A stretch of 64,000 nucleotides of DNA from Torpedo marmorata (Eukaryota). Below, one piece after another: positions 1 to 13,137 of the stretch (its first letter is position 1; every line of letters starts with the position of its first letter). The stretch covers positions 34,596,001 to 34,660,000 of the forward strand of contig OZ360234.1 in NCBI GenBank assembly GCA_977017645.1, read 5' to 3'. Position numbers and translations under genes: made by a program. The notes under the pieces were generated by a model. The model was given only the letters and a program-made list of their open reading frames with translations, was not told the origin of the DNA and did no database searches.

Positions 1-157
1 GAGATGATTCATGGCTTACTTCAGCTGTGCACAATGCCCCGGCCCAGTCTCATGATGGCTATTGCTTTCTAACTATAACTGCAATAAAAATAAGGAATAA
101 ATCAAGTCATAATAAATCAAATGAAAAAAATAGCAGGAAGATTAATAATTATTTGAA

Positions 158-288
158 GTAAAAACACAAAATGCTGGAGAAACTCAGCTGGTCAAACAGT
201 GTCCTTTATGTAGCAAAGGTAAAAGTACATAACCGACGTTTCAGGCTTGAGCCCCTTCATCAAGGCATGGAAAAATGTCGGCAGGTGT
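158..288 (-). mobile_element. Solo 3'-terminal repeat fragment of the Penelope-like element, carrying a hammerhead motif (228-269)
   Basis: Reverse complement matches the 3' end of the PLE copies at 20870-21003 and 55905-56035 and contains CCTTGATGAAGGGGCTCAAGCCTGAAACGTCGGTTATG. Confidence 0.85.
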
Positions 289-772
289 GGAAGTAGCGAG
301 GAAGGCAACGTGGCTCAGTACTTGTCAGGAAGACTAATATATTGGATATGATATTAGGAAAAAAAAACAATAAGATATAAAGATATTTAAAATAGAAAGA
401 GAAGAATAACTGCTTAATTAAACAAAGATGATAAAACCCTGGTCTGGATGGATTGTAACTGCATATACAACAAAAAACAGAAGGAGGTGATAGGAAAGAC
501 ATTATATACAGTATGAAAATTCATTGGAAGGAAATAGATTCAGAGTAATGACTGACAGTTCATTTGATTCTTATATTTAAAAAATGGAGAGAACAATCCA
601 GTACATTTAGAACAATTAATTTATTGATGATGATAGGAATAACAAATGGAATTCTTTGTCAGAGATGCAGGAGGACATAACTTAGAAGCTAAAAATAGAA
701 TTAAGAATAGTCAACATGGATGATAAAAACAGTTTTGGAATAGTGAATCTTATTGAATTGTATTAGCAAATA

Positions 773-1498
773 CAATAAAACCCCTGGTATCCAACACCTA
801 TGGGGATTGGTAGATGCCAGATAAGTGTATTTTACAATTGCTTGAGACTTGCTCTTACAATGCCTAACTAATACACCTGCATTAAGAATAAACAGTTTAA
901 AAGACAAAAGACAAAAATACTATACTGTACTTACACTGAATAAACTTCACTTGCGTGAATATATAAACCTTAAAGCATTTTACTTTATTTTCAGTCACAT
1001 TCTTTGAAAACATTTAACTGTCGCTGCATCTGTAGGTTCTTCCCCCTCCACGGAGCCACCTGAAAAAAGAACAATAATATTATAGATAATTAACCCCCCC
1101 CCCCCCACACCTTCCCCAAGTTTACAGATAAAGCCTCTGACTGGGGCGACTCTTACTAAGCAGGGATAAGAAGACACTTTAAGAGAGTCACCCCAACGGC
1201 GAGCAGCATCAACCAGCTCTTCATCCTGGGCGACGCCATTGCTGTTTCACACAACTTTATTCAAACAGCTGCTATGAGCAAAGCACAACCAAGGCACTCC
1301 ACTGGCTGAATATTTGCACCCATCTTCACCAAAGGTTTATGTGTTACTTCAGAGAAAATTTACTTTTGCAATTTTAAATATGTATTTTTACGTAATATTT
1401 TATTCTTATTTATTTTTAAAAATTTATTTTCTTCAGTTTTTTTGCCGGTTGCTCGAGGCTGCCGGTTGCTTGAATTCCGGATACTAGGGGTTTTACTG
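773..1498. mobile_element. Non-autonomous Tc1/mariner (Tigger/pogo-like) DNA transposon
   Basis: TIRs CAATAAAACCCCTGGTATCC ... GGATACTAGGGGTTTTACTG, flanked by TA at 771-772 and 1499-1500. Confidence 0.8.
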
Positions 1499-2039
1499 TA
1501 ACAGGAAGGATAAACTGGAATTACATATAGTAATAATTATACTGTATATCTAGATTTTTGAAACATTCTTGATCAGATGATCCTCACTTCTTTTCTAAAT
1601 CTGCAGTGACTAGAAGTGGATGCAATACTTCACTACTGTTTCATAAATATCACGATAATCTTCAATTTTTATATATTATTCCTCTATTTATAAAAATCAA
1701 AATAACATGTGCTAATTGCACTCTTTAGATCTGCTATTTTCTAAGCTTATGCTCATGCAAACCCAAGCTTCTCTGTACCTGCACACCCTTGTAGAACTGC
1801 ATGATTTAGGGTATACTGTTTCTCCTCATTCTTTCTGCATCATTACCCTTGTTTGTATTTGCCATTAGTCTGCCCAATCTGCCAGACATGTAACAGACTG
1901 AATACCAAACTGGATATAAAATTATAAAGGAACTAGGAATCAAAATAGATGCTGACTGACTGCAGGAAGGAGAAGAAGTCATTACTAAATTTGTAAAATG
2001 GGAGTGTTATTGGCAAATGTACTTCAGTATACATATTAC

Positions 2040-2560
2040 ATTTAGGTAGACAGAATGAAGTGTCCATGTATTCCTTAAAAATGGGATGGAGGAGCATCTT
2101 GGGGTACAGAAACATAAATCATTAAAGCAATGATACAAATTAATAAGACCTATAATCACAACCAAAGCACTGGGGTTTATTTCTAGAGAGTTACCACTGA
2201 AAAGCAGAAAATTTATGTTAAAATTTGTGCTGAACTTCGGTTAGACCACAGTATTTTCTTTCATTTATTCATCCATGGGATGTGGGCGCCATTGGCAAAA
2301 TCAGCATTTATTGCCTGTCCTCAAATGTTCCTGGGAAGGTACTGGTGAGCTGTCTTTTAGAACCACTGCAGACTGTGTGGTAAAGCTACTCCCATACTGT
2401 GGTTAGGTAGTTCTGTGAACAGTTCAGGACTGTAAATATGTGATGGTCACCAACAAATCCAAAAGGGAATTCAGCAAATACTTCACCCAGAGAGTGGTGA
2501 GAATGTGAAACTCATCACCACAAGGAGTAGTCAGCCAAGTAACTTCAATACTTTGAAGGG
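2040..2560 (+). mobile_element. Degraded CR1 LINE 3' fragment interrupted by a minus-strand DeuSINE/CR1-like tail (about 2255-2410)
   Basis: CR1-like motifs (GGTTAGACCACA, CTTCACCCAGAGAGTGGTGAGAATGTG). The insert reads CATGGGATGTGGGCGCC...GCATTTATTGCC, resembling a DeuSINE-type tail from memory. Confidence 0.45.
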
Positions 2561-3339
2561 AAAGCTCCAATATATAGCAAAATAAGAGACATTAGGACAG
2601 AAAACCATTAGCTTGGTCAGAGTTAAATCTTAAGGAGATCAAAAAGGTAGAAATTGAGGTTTTGACTGCAAGGTTTATGAATTGCAACCTCAACAGCAAT
2701 AAAATTCAGCAATGTTCAGTGTCAAATGAGAGGAGTACAGAGGCCTGAAGTAATTAGTACAGTCCTCGTACAAATAAAAGTTAAGAGCAAGGACAAGTGA
2801 AGTGAGGAGATGAGGAAATGAGAAAGAGCTGAAGAAAAACCAGCCCCTACAGTAGGGGCCCTAAATCTCACTATGGAGACCTTGCAACATCAATGCTGAG
2901 CATTGCTCTTGTCCAATGCTTGGCGATGTCAGGCGTAGCTCAAGGCGATCTTTGATGTCCAGCGACAGACTGAATAGCCAATTGAATTACAGAAATCTCC
3001 CACAGAGTGTACCATGAAGCAAATAGCATAACATTTAACTTTAAGTTTTATCATGCTAAACAAAATTTGGAACATAAGAAAATGATTAAGTTAGGAGGAG
3101 AAATATCAAAAATAAACTTTTTGAAAAATGAACTTTATCAATTGTATAGCTAAATACTCATATGAGCAATTAAAATACACATACTTTAAATGACTTCTTT
3201 GGCGCAGATACGTCCTACTGTGACTCTCAAATTCAGAATTACCAGGAGGAATTTTTATGCAGCAAGGTTTGAAATGGACATATTTGCATTGACTTATTAT
3301 TTGTTGTCTATTTTCCACCACCAAGGGAATGGGTGTGCA

Positions 3340-3860
3340 TCAGTGCAAGTGTTATCCTGGCACCAGGATGACAACCTCTCCCTCAGTATCACCAAGACCA
3401 AAGAGTTGGCTGTAGAATTCCAGAGTAGAGCAGAGCTCACTCCCCAGTCCACACAAGTGGTGCTGAGGTAGAGATAGTAGACAGGCTTAGGTTGCTCAAG
3501 GTAAACATCTCCAGTGACTTGTCCTCATCCACCCACATTGATGGAGTGGCCGAGAAAGCTCACCAGCTCCTCGACTCCCTCAAAAGCCCCAGGAAATTTG
3601 GCACTGCTTAATCACAGGTGTACCATTGAAAGCATTCTATCAGGGTGCATCACTTATACCCCCCTTTGCTGTATTGACTGAATTTATAATTCCCGCTGTC
3701 TTGGAAAAACATGTTAAAAGACTCATCCCACCTCGTTGTATCTCTGCACTTCTGTACTGTCTTACTTGTACTATGTATGAGATATTGAATTGGTCTGCTC
3801 ACAAAATAACCTCCATCGCTGTATTTTTGGTACCCGTGACAATAAATGAACTTGGATTTG
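3340..3860 (+). mobile_element. Degraded Rex1/Babar-type LINE 3' fragment
   Basis: Translates to SWHQDDNLSLSITKTKELAVEF (RT C-terminal motif) and ends TGACAATAAA plus a TGAACT-like tail. Confidence 0.6.
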
Positions 3861-3925
3861 AACTGGTGTATTTAATGTTCTGTTCATAGAGAGCAACAGG
3901 CCGAGTGCTCCTATGGATTTGCAAG

Positions 3926-4158
3926 AGGGGTATAACACGAAGGTCTGCAGACGCTGTGATTGTAGTAAAACACAGAAATGCTGGAGGAACTCAGCAGGTC
4001 TCGCAGCATCCATGGAAGGTAAAGATATATTACCGACGTTTCGGTGCCTGTGCCCTTACCTTGAAGAAGGGCTCAGGCCCGAAACATCAGTAATACATCT
4101 TTACCTCCTATGGACGCTGCGAGAACTGCTGAGTTCCTCCAGCATTTCTGTGTTCTTA
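3926..4158. mobile_element. Fold-back (inverted) dimer of a Penelope terminal repeat, second subfamily
   Basis: Left and right arms are reverse complements around about 4057. Flanked by CTATGGATTTGCAAG (3911-3925) and CTATGCATTTGCAAG (4159-4173). Confidence 0.8.
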
Positions 4159-4861
4159 CTATGCATTTGCAAGGACTTGCTTGAGCTGCAGGATCCAATT
4201 GACTGCTTTCAAATGACTGTGTGGGTGCCACGTGTCATCTATGAGTGGTACTCCAACTGAAAGGATCTCTCTCCCTCAGCAAGTGAATTGAGGGACGACA
4301 GTAAGATGCACTCTGAAGTGCACTCCTTTAAAACCATATTGTCATTTAATCCAGGCAACTGATTTGGTGATGTTTAATTCTGATAGTTTCTGTCAGACAA
4401 CTGAAGATGGTTAGATTAATCCCAGCCATCAAAGTATATGTTCTTATTAAAAAATTAGTGACTTGACTTACCATTGAACGTGATATCAACGATTCAGATA
4501 CAATAAAACTAGTAGTTACTAATTATTTCTGATAATAGCACAGTGTTCATGTTGTATCTCAAGCATGAGACCTGTTTAGGACCTAGAAAACCTAACCCAG
4601 AAATCTCACACAGGCAATATTTGACAATTTATTCTGCCACATACAATTTAAAAGCCAACAATTTGCATCTTTTCATCTTTCAAATTTCCTTTAATGAAAT
4701 TTGTGTACATCCTGTCACACTATATAGCTGATAGTTTTCCACTCACATGCTGAAACAGTTATTTTCAACGTGTGAATATGAATAATAACTTTCTCTCACA
4801 TCGAAGTCTGAGGCTTGGAAGCATAACCTGGGTCTTCTGTTCACATTTTTAAAAAATATTT

Positions 4862-5718
4862 CTATTTATGAGCATTTAGGGAAGCATAGTCTTCTCAGGC
4901 GTAGTCAGCATGGGTTTGTGAGGGGCAGGTCATGCCTCACGAGCCTAATTGAGTTTTTTGAGGAAGTGACAAAAGAAATTGATGAAGGTATGGTGGTAGA
5001 TGTGGTGTATATGGATTTTAGTAAGGCATTTGACAAGGTTCACCATGGTAGACTCATTCAGAAAGTCATGAGGCATGGGATCCAAGCAACCTTGGCTGTG
5101 TGGATTCAGAATTGGCCATATTCTGCCTGGAGGTCAGTGACTAGTGAAGTTACACAGGGATTTGTACTGGGACCCCTGCTCTTTGTCATTTTTTTTGTTC
5201 CGTTCTGGTCGCCTCATTACAGGAAGGATGTGGAAGATTTGGAGAGGGTGCAGAGGATATTAACCAGGGTGTTGCTTGGATTGGAGAATGTGTCTTATGA
5301 GGCAAGGTTAACAGAGTAGGGCTTTTCTCTTTGAAGCAAAGAAGGATGAGAGATGAATTAATAGAGGTCTACGAGATTATGAGAGGCATAGATAGGGTGG
5401 ACAGCCAGCACCTTTTTTTCCCGGGGCAACAATAGCAAATACCAGAGGGCATCTGTACAAGGTGAGGGAAGGAATGTTTAGGGGAGACGTCAGGGGTAAG
5501 TTTATTTTTACAGAGAGTAGTGGGTGCTGAGAATGCATTGCCAAGGGTGGTTGTGGAGGCTGGTACAATAGGAACATTTAAAAGAGACAGGCACATGGAT
5601 GCAAGAAGAATAGAGGGTTATGGGTGTGAGGTTAGAAATGTTCAGATTGTTGTGTAGGTTTATATAGTTCGGCGCTGTATCATGGGCCAAAAGGCCTGTA
5701 CTGTTTTATGTTCTATGA
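4862..5718 (+). mobile_element. CR1-clade LINE, 5'-truncated with internal deletions
   Basis: ORF 4918-5319 has RSCLTSLIEFFEEVT, VDVVYMDFSKAFDKV and GFVLGPLLF joined directly to FWSPHYRKDV. 3' tail is GGGCCAAAAGGCCTGT...TTCTATG. Confidence 0.92.
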
Positions 5719-7051
5719 TTGCTGATTAAATATCAAATGAGACCTATATATAATCTTGTCTATCTTTGAAGAGAGAAGATAGATTAGGATATTTAGTTAA
5801 GTATACTAAATGATCCAAACTGTCATAATCTATCATTTATCTTCACAGAGACTGAACAGCTTGACACAATAAAGAATGAGAAAAATATTAGCAAGACAAA
5901 TATCAAAGCAATAGATGAGAAAAATACTCATCTTTGACAGAATGAGATTGATACGAGGATTCAGAATTTTAGTAAAGTACTAACATTAAAGTTAGGTTAA
6001 TGTTTTGCCTTTATATTTCTTTCCTGGTCTTCTGGTATATCCAGATTTTTTTTTTTCATCTCACAATGTCCAAGGAATGGCTTCAGGGTTTATTTGTATG
6101 TTTTATTTGCAGTTATTTATGAATTTAACCAACACATTTAATTTAGCTGGTAAAAGATAGCATTTTAAATTTTAATTTCTTTTAATTTCTTTAGAGAGAA
6201 TTTCTCAATGGATCTTCTTAAAATTGAGTAATCCTTTTGACATTATCAGAGAAGTAAGTAGCTCCGGAAGATATTGTGACCAGTCCAGTACTGAAAAAGG
6301 CACTACGTAAAGTATACATTTGTGTTACGATTCATCAACAGCAACTTGCATTTATGTAGCAGCTTTAACATTGGAAGGCACTTCACAGGGATACTCTCAG
6401 ATATTATTTGACTCTGATGCACAAAAGGAGAGTTTAGAACAAGTAACCATAATATTGGTCTAAAAGATAGCCTTTAGGAAGTATCTTTAAAGGAGAATGG
6501 AAAACAGGAATATGGCAAGGTGGAGAGAGGTAACTTTAGAACCTGAAGGCCAGTTAAGGGTTGCAAAAGGGTTCAGAATGGGAGGAATGTTAAGTTCACA
6601 GAAGTTATTATTGGCTGGAGAATACATCTGGGATAGGGAGGATGAGGTCATGAAGGGACGTGAATCAAATAAAAGTACTGGAGATATTTGTGTTTACTTA
6701 TAAGAGAGAGCTGAGCTTGCAGCTGCTACATATGATATGACTATCATTTAATTACCTATTTTTTCCACACAAGTTTTGTTGGCATTCATAGCCTGGTCAT
6801 AATCTGGTGAAGTATACATACTACCATCTTCCAAAGTGAAGAAAAATCACGTGGCAGAATGTCATAGAACCTGTAATCCAAACGACAGAAACAAGTATTT
6901 TCTGTTCAGTGCTTGAGCAAAGTAAAAATGATGAAAATGTTGAGCAGGTAAAGCACACTCCTTGGTTTTGGGAGCAAAGAGTCACGTTGGGAAAGCACTG
7001 ATATACTGAAACCAAGAAAAAATTGTGCATCCAAATTTTTTTTAAGCTTTA

Positions 7052-7215
7052 AGGTGGCACAGTTAGCGTAGCGGTTAGTGCAATGCTGTTACAGAGCCAG
7101 CGATCAGTGTTTGAATCCCATGCTGTCTGTAAGGAGTTTGTATGTTTTCCCCATGTCCGCATGGGTTTCCTCCGGGTGCTCCGGTTTCCTCCCACCGTTC
7201 AAAACGTACCAGGGC
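7052..7215 (+). mobile_element. tRNA-derived SINE (HE1/V-SINE-like), 3' part missing
   Basis: Head GGTGGCACAGTTAGCGTAGCGGTTAG and core GGAGTTTGTATGTT...GGGTGCTCCGGTTTCCTCCCAC are shared with other copies in the window. Confidence 0.85.
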
Positions 7216-8469
7216 TGCAGTAAATTAAAAAATTTAAAATTTTTAAAATTTAAAATAAGAATCAAATAAGACATACATAAAGCCATAGGTAGACCAAATT
7301 CATTAAGTATGGAATAGCTTTCCTATCTGAAAGATGTCAGTGAATCATTTTGGGATATTGTAGCAGTCTATACGTCTCATTATTATCTTCCGATACTAAC
7401 TCACAAATATCTGATTTGTGGAATTCAGATTTGTAATTTATCATGGCACTAAATTTAAGATGAGAATTACTGGGATAAGCAAGGCTGTTAGCAGTCCAAG
7501 TGCATAAATTTAAAAATTATATTCTGGGTGTAAAAGCAAAGAAAATGATGAAAGGAATGTTACATTTTATAACGTGTTGTGGAACATAAAAATAAGAGAC
7601 TATTTCTGCTGCACAGGATGCTGGCCAGACCTCATTTAAATATGAAGTGCAATTTTGGACAATCATGGAATAACTATTTCAGCTTTGGAAGTCTAGTAGT
7701 ACCAGGTTAAAACAAGAGTCAAAGGGACTGAGGTAATGTGCAAGTTATGTTTCCTGCAGGGGAGTAGGTTGGCAGATGCACTTAATAAAAAAAGGAATTA
7801 AAAAGGTATCTAGGGAACAACCTATTAAAGAGTATTCCAAGACATAATATTTTGAATTAGAATTAAGCTACTAGAACTGAATCCAGACATCAGTCAGCAT
7901 ATGAAGTGTTCTAAAAATGTGGAATTTAAAGCCACAGAATATACACAGGTAAAGTGGGGGAATTGTAATTGAAATGTTTCAGTCAGGTAAACAAAGCTTT
8001 AACTCAGATACATTGATGTGGTAGAGAAAACAGTGCTTTACCCTAGCATTTGTTATACCTTATGTGAAGTGACATTGAGAAAACAAAACCAGCCTAATCT
8101 GTAAAGTGCAAACCTGGCATAGCCCACAACTAATTAGCTTCAAGATGTCTCCCCTCTGAACCTATGCAGTCCTACTAATGGGGATATTCTGCAAATTCTT
8201 ATGCATCTATTGCATTGTCTTTTTTGTTGTCAAAGGTTGCATATTTGGAAGCTGCAATTGGAGTTGCAGTGCATTTTGTAGACAGTCTACACTGTAACCA
8301 CAATATATTGATTCTGGAACAAAAGAAGAAAGATGGGGTGCCAATCATGCAGGTTTGTACTGAATGATGCTCAGGTTCGCCAGTGTTGTTGGAGCTGCAC
8401 TCATTCAGGCAGGCAGAGAGTATTCCATCAAGTTCCTGATTTGTGCCTTGTAGGTGTGAAGAAAGATTT

Positions 8470-8842
8470 ACCCCTTTTACTCTGAGATCCCAGTAAATTG
8501 GCGTGTCAACGACCCGTGTTTAAAGCCGGGTCAGGTCAGATCGGAGCGTTCACACTGAACCAAGAAAAGCCGGTTCAGTGCAGCCTTTTACACAGGGACC
8601 CGGCATCCCAATGCAAAAGGAGGCGGTACCTGCAGCATTACAGCATTGGTGTCCCGGGAAGGCAGGTAAGCCTTTTACATTGGAGCCGATGCGAAACGCA
8701 TTGGCTCTGATACTACCTACCTTGGCGGGTAAGAACTGGGATGAAAATGACCCCCATACCGTTTTGGTCACGTTTACACAGGTAAGTGAAATGGTAAAAA
8801 GGCGATTAATTACCGTCTTTCATGGGCAGTGTAAAAGGGCCT
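8470..8842. mobile_element. PIF/Harbinger-like MITE
   Basis: Ends CCCCTTTTACTCTG ... CAGTGTAAAAGGGCC with TTA/TAA flanks and internal repeats of (C/T)TTTTACAC. Confidence 0.65.
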
Positions 8843-8859
8843 AAAGTCAGAGTATGAGA

Positions 8860-9185
8860 CCATTATCTCGAATATAAGCTGAGGAACTACTCTTGTGGCA
8901 GGAGTATTTTTGTGGCTGGTCCAGTGGAGTTTCTGGTGATTGGTTGGCCACAGGATTCTGATGCTTGGGGGCTTGGTATTTACACTGCGTCTGAACATCA
9001 AATGAAAATAGTTATTCTATCTTTTACTGGAGATGGTCAGTGCCTACTAGCACTTGTGTGCAAGTACTGTTACTTGCCACATGTCAGGTTGTACCTAAAT
9101 TCAGTCTCATCTTGCTGCATACACACATGGAGAGATTTTCTGTGGAATTGAACACAATCTGCACTTCTGACCGTATGATGAGAAC
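8860..9185 (-). mobile_element. Old LINE (CR1/L2-like) fragment
   Basis: Loosely similar to the degraded segment at 24790-25040. No intact ORF. Confidence 0.35.
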
Positions 9186-9566
9186 TTCTCACTGACAGGG
9201 AGTGGAGGAAACTAAAGGTTGTTTACTCTCTCTAACTCATCTTGTGCTCGACAATGAACTTTTTCCGTCGATAGCTGTAAAACGTACTGTTCCCAGACTG
9301 ACTTCCTCAGTTTGATGAGCACAAAAATATGCATGTTTACATTCTGAGTTATCATGCTGGCCGCACAATTGGAAATCAAACAGGGTTACTGCCAATTATC
9401 ATGTGCCTTCTGGTTTCTAATTATTTTCTCTTCATATTTTTAAAATAATACATCCTTCGTCCAGTTCCTATTGATAATAAGGTGGTAATGTCTGCTGTGA
9501 GCATCGACCAAACCACTGGAAAAAGATTTAGTATACATAGCGAAACAAAGATAAGGGACTTATTAG

Positions 9567-9795
9567 GGGTTGTACAGTTAGCACAATGTTATTACAGCAC
9601 CAGTGACCTGGGGTTCAGATCCGTACTGTCTGTAAGGAGTTTGTATGTTCTCCCCATGATATGTATGGGTTTTCCCCGGGTGCTCTGGTTTCCTCCCACC
9701 CTCCAAAATGTATGGGGTTGGTAGGTTAATTGGGTGTAATTGGGAGGCACAGTTTTCAATGGCTTCCATCGTGCTGTATCCTTAAAATTTTAAAA
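9567..9795 (+). mobile_element. tRNA-derived SINE (HE1/V-SINE-like)
   Basis: Same head, core and GTGCTGTAT...TAAAATTTTAAA tail as the other copies. Confidence 0.85.
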
Positions 9796-10977
9796 TAATT
9801 CTATTTACATCATTAAGAAAGAGTTAAAACTGTTCATTGTAATGGTGTTCAACTCCAAGAGTATTTTTTTAAAGAAGGGAAGAGGCTGTTCCACACTGTC
9901 AAGAAACTTCAAGATGGTGTTCAATACCAAGAATGTAGCACGTTTCTTTGTCTGGTCGGAGGTGTTGGAACAGAATAGATCATTAGAGAACTGAGAATTG
10001 AACTGTCCATTCAGGGCTACTGTTTACTTCGAACTCTACTGAGGCCAAATTTTTCAATGCATTCCATAATTTTGCAATGTCGTAGAACACTCTGCAAGAG
10101 CTTGTTCCTTCTGTCTTCTTAACTTTTCTTAATTACATTCTCCAGCATTTCGTGCCAGTGAACAGCTGCCTGCTCAATTTAAAAGAAGCCCATCACCAGT
10201 CACTCAATGTACCCACATGATACAGGCAATACGAGGGTCCAATGACATAAATGACCTGATTGCCAGTTTAGGTTGGAACTGGCTAGAGACTGCAGTTTTC
10301 TTTAGAGTTCAAATATTTTGTTGGTGCATTAAAATAATTGACCTAACGCACCACAGGACCCTTATCCTCAGTGATCTCCATACCTACTCCAGATTCCATC
10401 GCCCACATCCTTTGGAGTGCTATTCTCACTAGAGATTACCACAATGTAGCAGAATCTTAATGCTAAATACCTCTGCTACTAAATTACATGGAGCAGAGGT
10501 AGATAAAAAGGTAGCCATGATCTAACAAACTGCAAGAGTAGACTCAAAGGGTTGAATGGCCCACTTCCATTTCCAGGTTCCTATGTGCGTTAAGTGGATA
10601 TGCATGATTGTGAGAGGCTGGAGACTTCCCTCCTGTATTGTTATCCCCAATTAACAAAAGTCATCTCTCCATATCTATAAAATAATTCATCTTCATGCTA
10701 CAATTTACGCTGCAACTTTGTAGCAAATTAGTTGCCTCATTCAGGGTGTGATATATAGTCAGATAAAATCTAACCCCTTGGGAAAAAGATTGTTTGGGCT
10801 TTGATGCATCTTTTTCCAGGAAATGTTTTACTTGGACTAATGTAACACTTGGATCCAAAACATATGTAAACTTCCCTCTGTCCCAAGGCCCAGTTAATCA
10901 TTTAATTAAATAATTCAAACCAAACCCCTTTACACCTTTTCCTGGTTCAGGTGAATGTTTAAGATCTTTTGAATGTA

Positions 10978-11959
10978 CAGCCATACTTCGACTTACGCTC
11001 GATCGAGTAACGTCCGATCGCAGATACGTCCGAGGTCACCATAAGGGCTTAATAAAAATTTTAAAAATTTACGCCGGGACTGACGTTGGCGGGCGTTAGC
11101 GGACATTAAGTCACGCATCACGCATTTGACATTCCTGAGGAATTGACAAATGAAGAGTTGCTTGAACTGGAAGAGCAGCGTGTTGCAGAAGAAGCAGCAA
11201 GAGAAAAGGAAGAAGAAGAAGAGGAGGAGCCGCCAAAAAGATTCACTGTGAAAGGTCTAGCAGAAATATTTTCGACCTTTAACAGTGCACTGAAACAGGC
11301 CGAAGACATGGATCCCAATGCAGAACGTTACCTTTCAGTAGAGAGGAAAATAAATGATGCAATTGCTTGCTATAGGCAAATTTATGATGAAAAAAAGAGG
11401 CAAACCAAGCAAACTAGATATCTTCCTGAAAAAACCATCTCCTCCCACAGAAGAGCCTCAGTCAGGTCCTTCAGGTGAAGTGACACTGGTATTTGATGAT
11501 GACAATCGGGGTACAGTTGAAAAGTAAACAAAAAAAAAGTAGCCTATAAAATTAAAAGCAAGTGTTCAGTGAATTCTTTTGTTTTTATTGATTTTGTTGA
11601 AGATAATACTGTACCCTGTACTGTACATTAGAAGAGTTCTGTACAGTCCCTACTCTCTGCAGCTGTCTTCACATCGCACAACACTTCAGCACCAGTCATG
11701 ATAAGTGCAGTACACACAGTCTTATTACTATTATTACCTGTGTATGTATATTTTTATAGGTCTGTACAGTATTTACATTTTATTAACTATGGTATTTAGA
11801 CATGTGTATGTACAATATAGAGGTTTAGGTAAATATGTATGTGTGTCATGGTATCTTATTTTGTACAGTATATTTCACCTATAATGATCAACTTACGCCC
11901 AAGTCGATTTGCATCCCCACTTCCAGAACGTAACCCGGACGTAAGTCGATGCATGGCTG
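10978..11959 (+). mobile_element. Tigger/pogo-family deletion derivative retaining the transposase C-terminus
   Basis: 20 bp TIRs CAGCCATACTTCGACTTACG / CGTAAGTCGATGCATGGCTG with TA TSD. ORF 11143-11478 (TNEELLELEE...PKRFTVKGLAEIF...DMDPNAER...CYRQIYDEKKRQTKQT) resembles the Tigger1/TIGD1 C-terminal region. Confidence 0.88.
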
Positions 11960-12761
11960 TATTTGAAGAGGAGCTGTAGGTTATATGCTTGAATACTCTT
12001 CCCTTCCTTTCATTACCAAGTATTGATTCATATCATTGACATTTGCAGATTCTTACTGAATACTGAGTTGGTGTACGTTTGTCTAAAATAGATCATGCTT
12101 CAAAAGTAATCCACTTTATGTGCCAAAGGAAGCAGTAGAGGTTGCTTCATTAAATATATTTAAGACCCAGCTAAGGTGGTGGAATTAAAGGTTAAGGGAA
12201 AACCCATGTTGGTGGAGTGGAGTCCATGGCCAGATTCGCCATGATCTTATTGAATGGCAGGGAAGGCTTGATGGGCGAGATGGACTTCTCCTGCTCCTAT
12301 TACATTTATGTGTTCACTTTGACAAAGTTTTGAGGGACAAAATCAAAAGAGGCCGAGATTCTTTTTAAAATTTTCATTTGGAATTTTTGGTGAAAATGTA
12401 AATTAACAGGAGTATACCATTGATGGTGCAGATTTAACATTGCTAACACAGAATAAAACATTACTAATGCATCTCTTCACTCCCTGGTCAGCCAGAATCT
12501 ACAGCCCCTTTTCTATTCTTCTCTCTTCCACTTCATGCTGACCGTCGACCTTCTCTCCATTTCAGTTCAACCTGGCATTTTTATGCTTCCCCTTCAATTC
12601 ACCTTCCATTTCACTTTACCCAGTTCAAGATGTAACAGCATTGTTCGTGCAACATATTTATTTTAGGTTGTAAAGGCATGTCTTAAAGATGGATATAAAA
12701 ACTATTATGATCTGAATAAATGATATGTACATATGTTTTGGATCCAAGTGTTACTTTAGTT

Positions 12762-13137
12762 CAGTGGTTTTCAAACTGCCCCCCTAAACTCACATTCCAC
12801 CTTAAGCAATCCCTATGCCATAAGTGCTCTGTGATTAGTAAGGGATTGCTTAAGGTGGTATGTGAGTGGAAAGAAAAAGGTTTGGAAACAACTGTTTTAA
12901 TCGTACCTAATTGTCTCGTTATGTGCACGGTTTCATAACTCCAAAGGAAATGGGCCAATGACAATTTTTCTCAAGCAAAATATTTCAGTAACAATTGGGT
13001 CTAGAGCAGTGGTTCTCAACCTTCCCTTCCCACTCACATACCACCTTAAGCAATCCCTTACCAATCACAGAGCACTTATGGCATAGGGATTGCTTTAGGT
13101 GGAATGTGAGTTTAGGGGGGCAGTTTGAAAACCACTG
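12762..13137. mobile_element. Composite hAT-type MITE: two hairpin modules plus spacer
   Basis: CAGTGGTTTTCAAAC...GTTTGAAAACCACTG termini with imperfect TSD (ACTTTAGTT / ACTTAGTT). Confidence 0.88.

Noticed and set aside
11143-11478. Domesticated TIGD1-like host gene
   Set aside because: Enclosed by TIRs and a TA TSD, and lacks the DNA-binding and catalytic domains.
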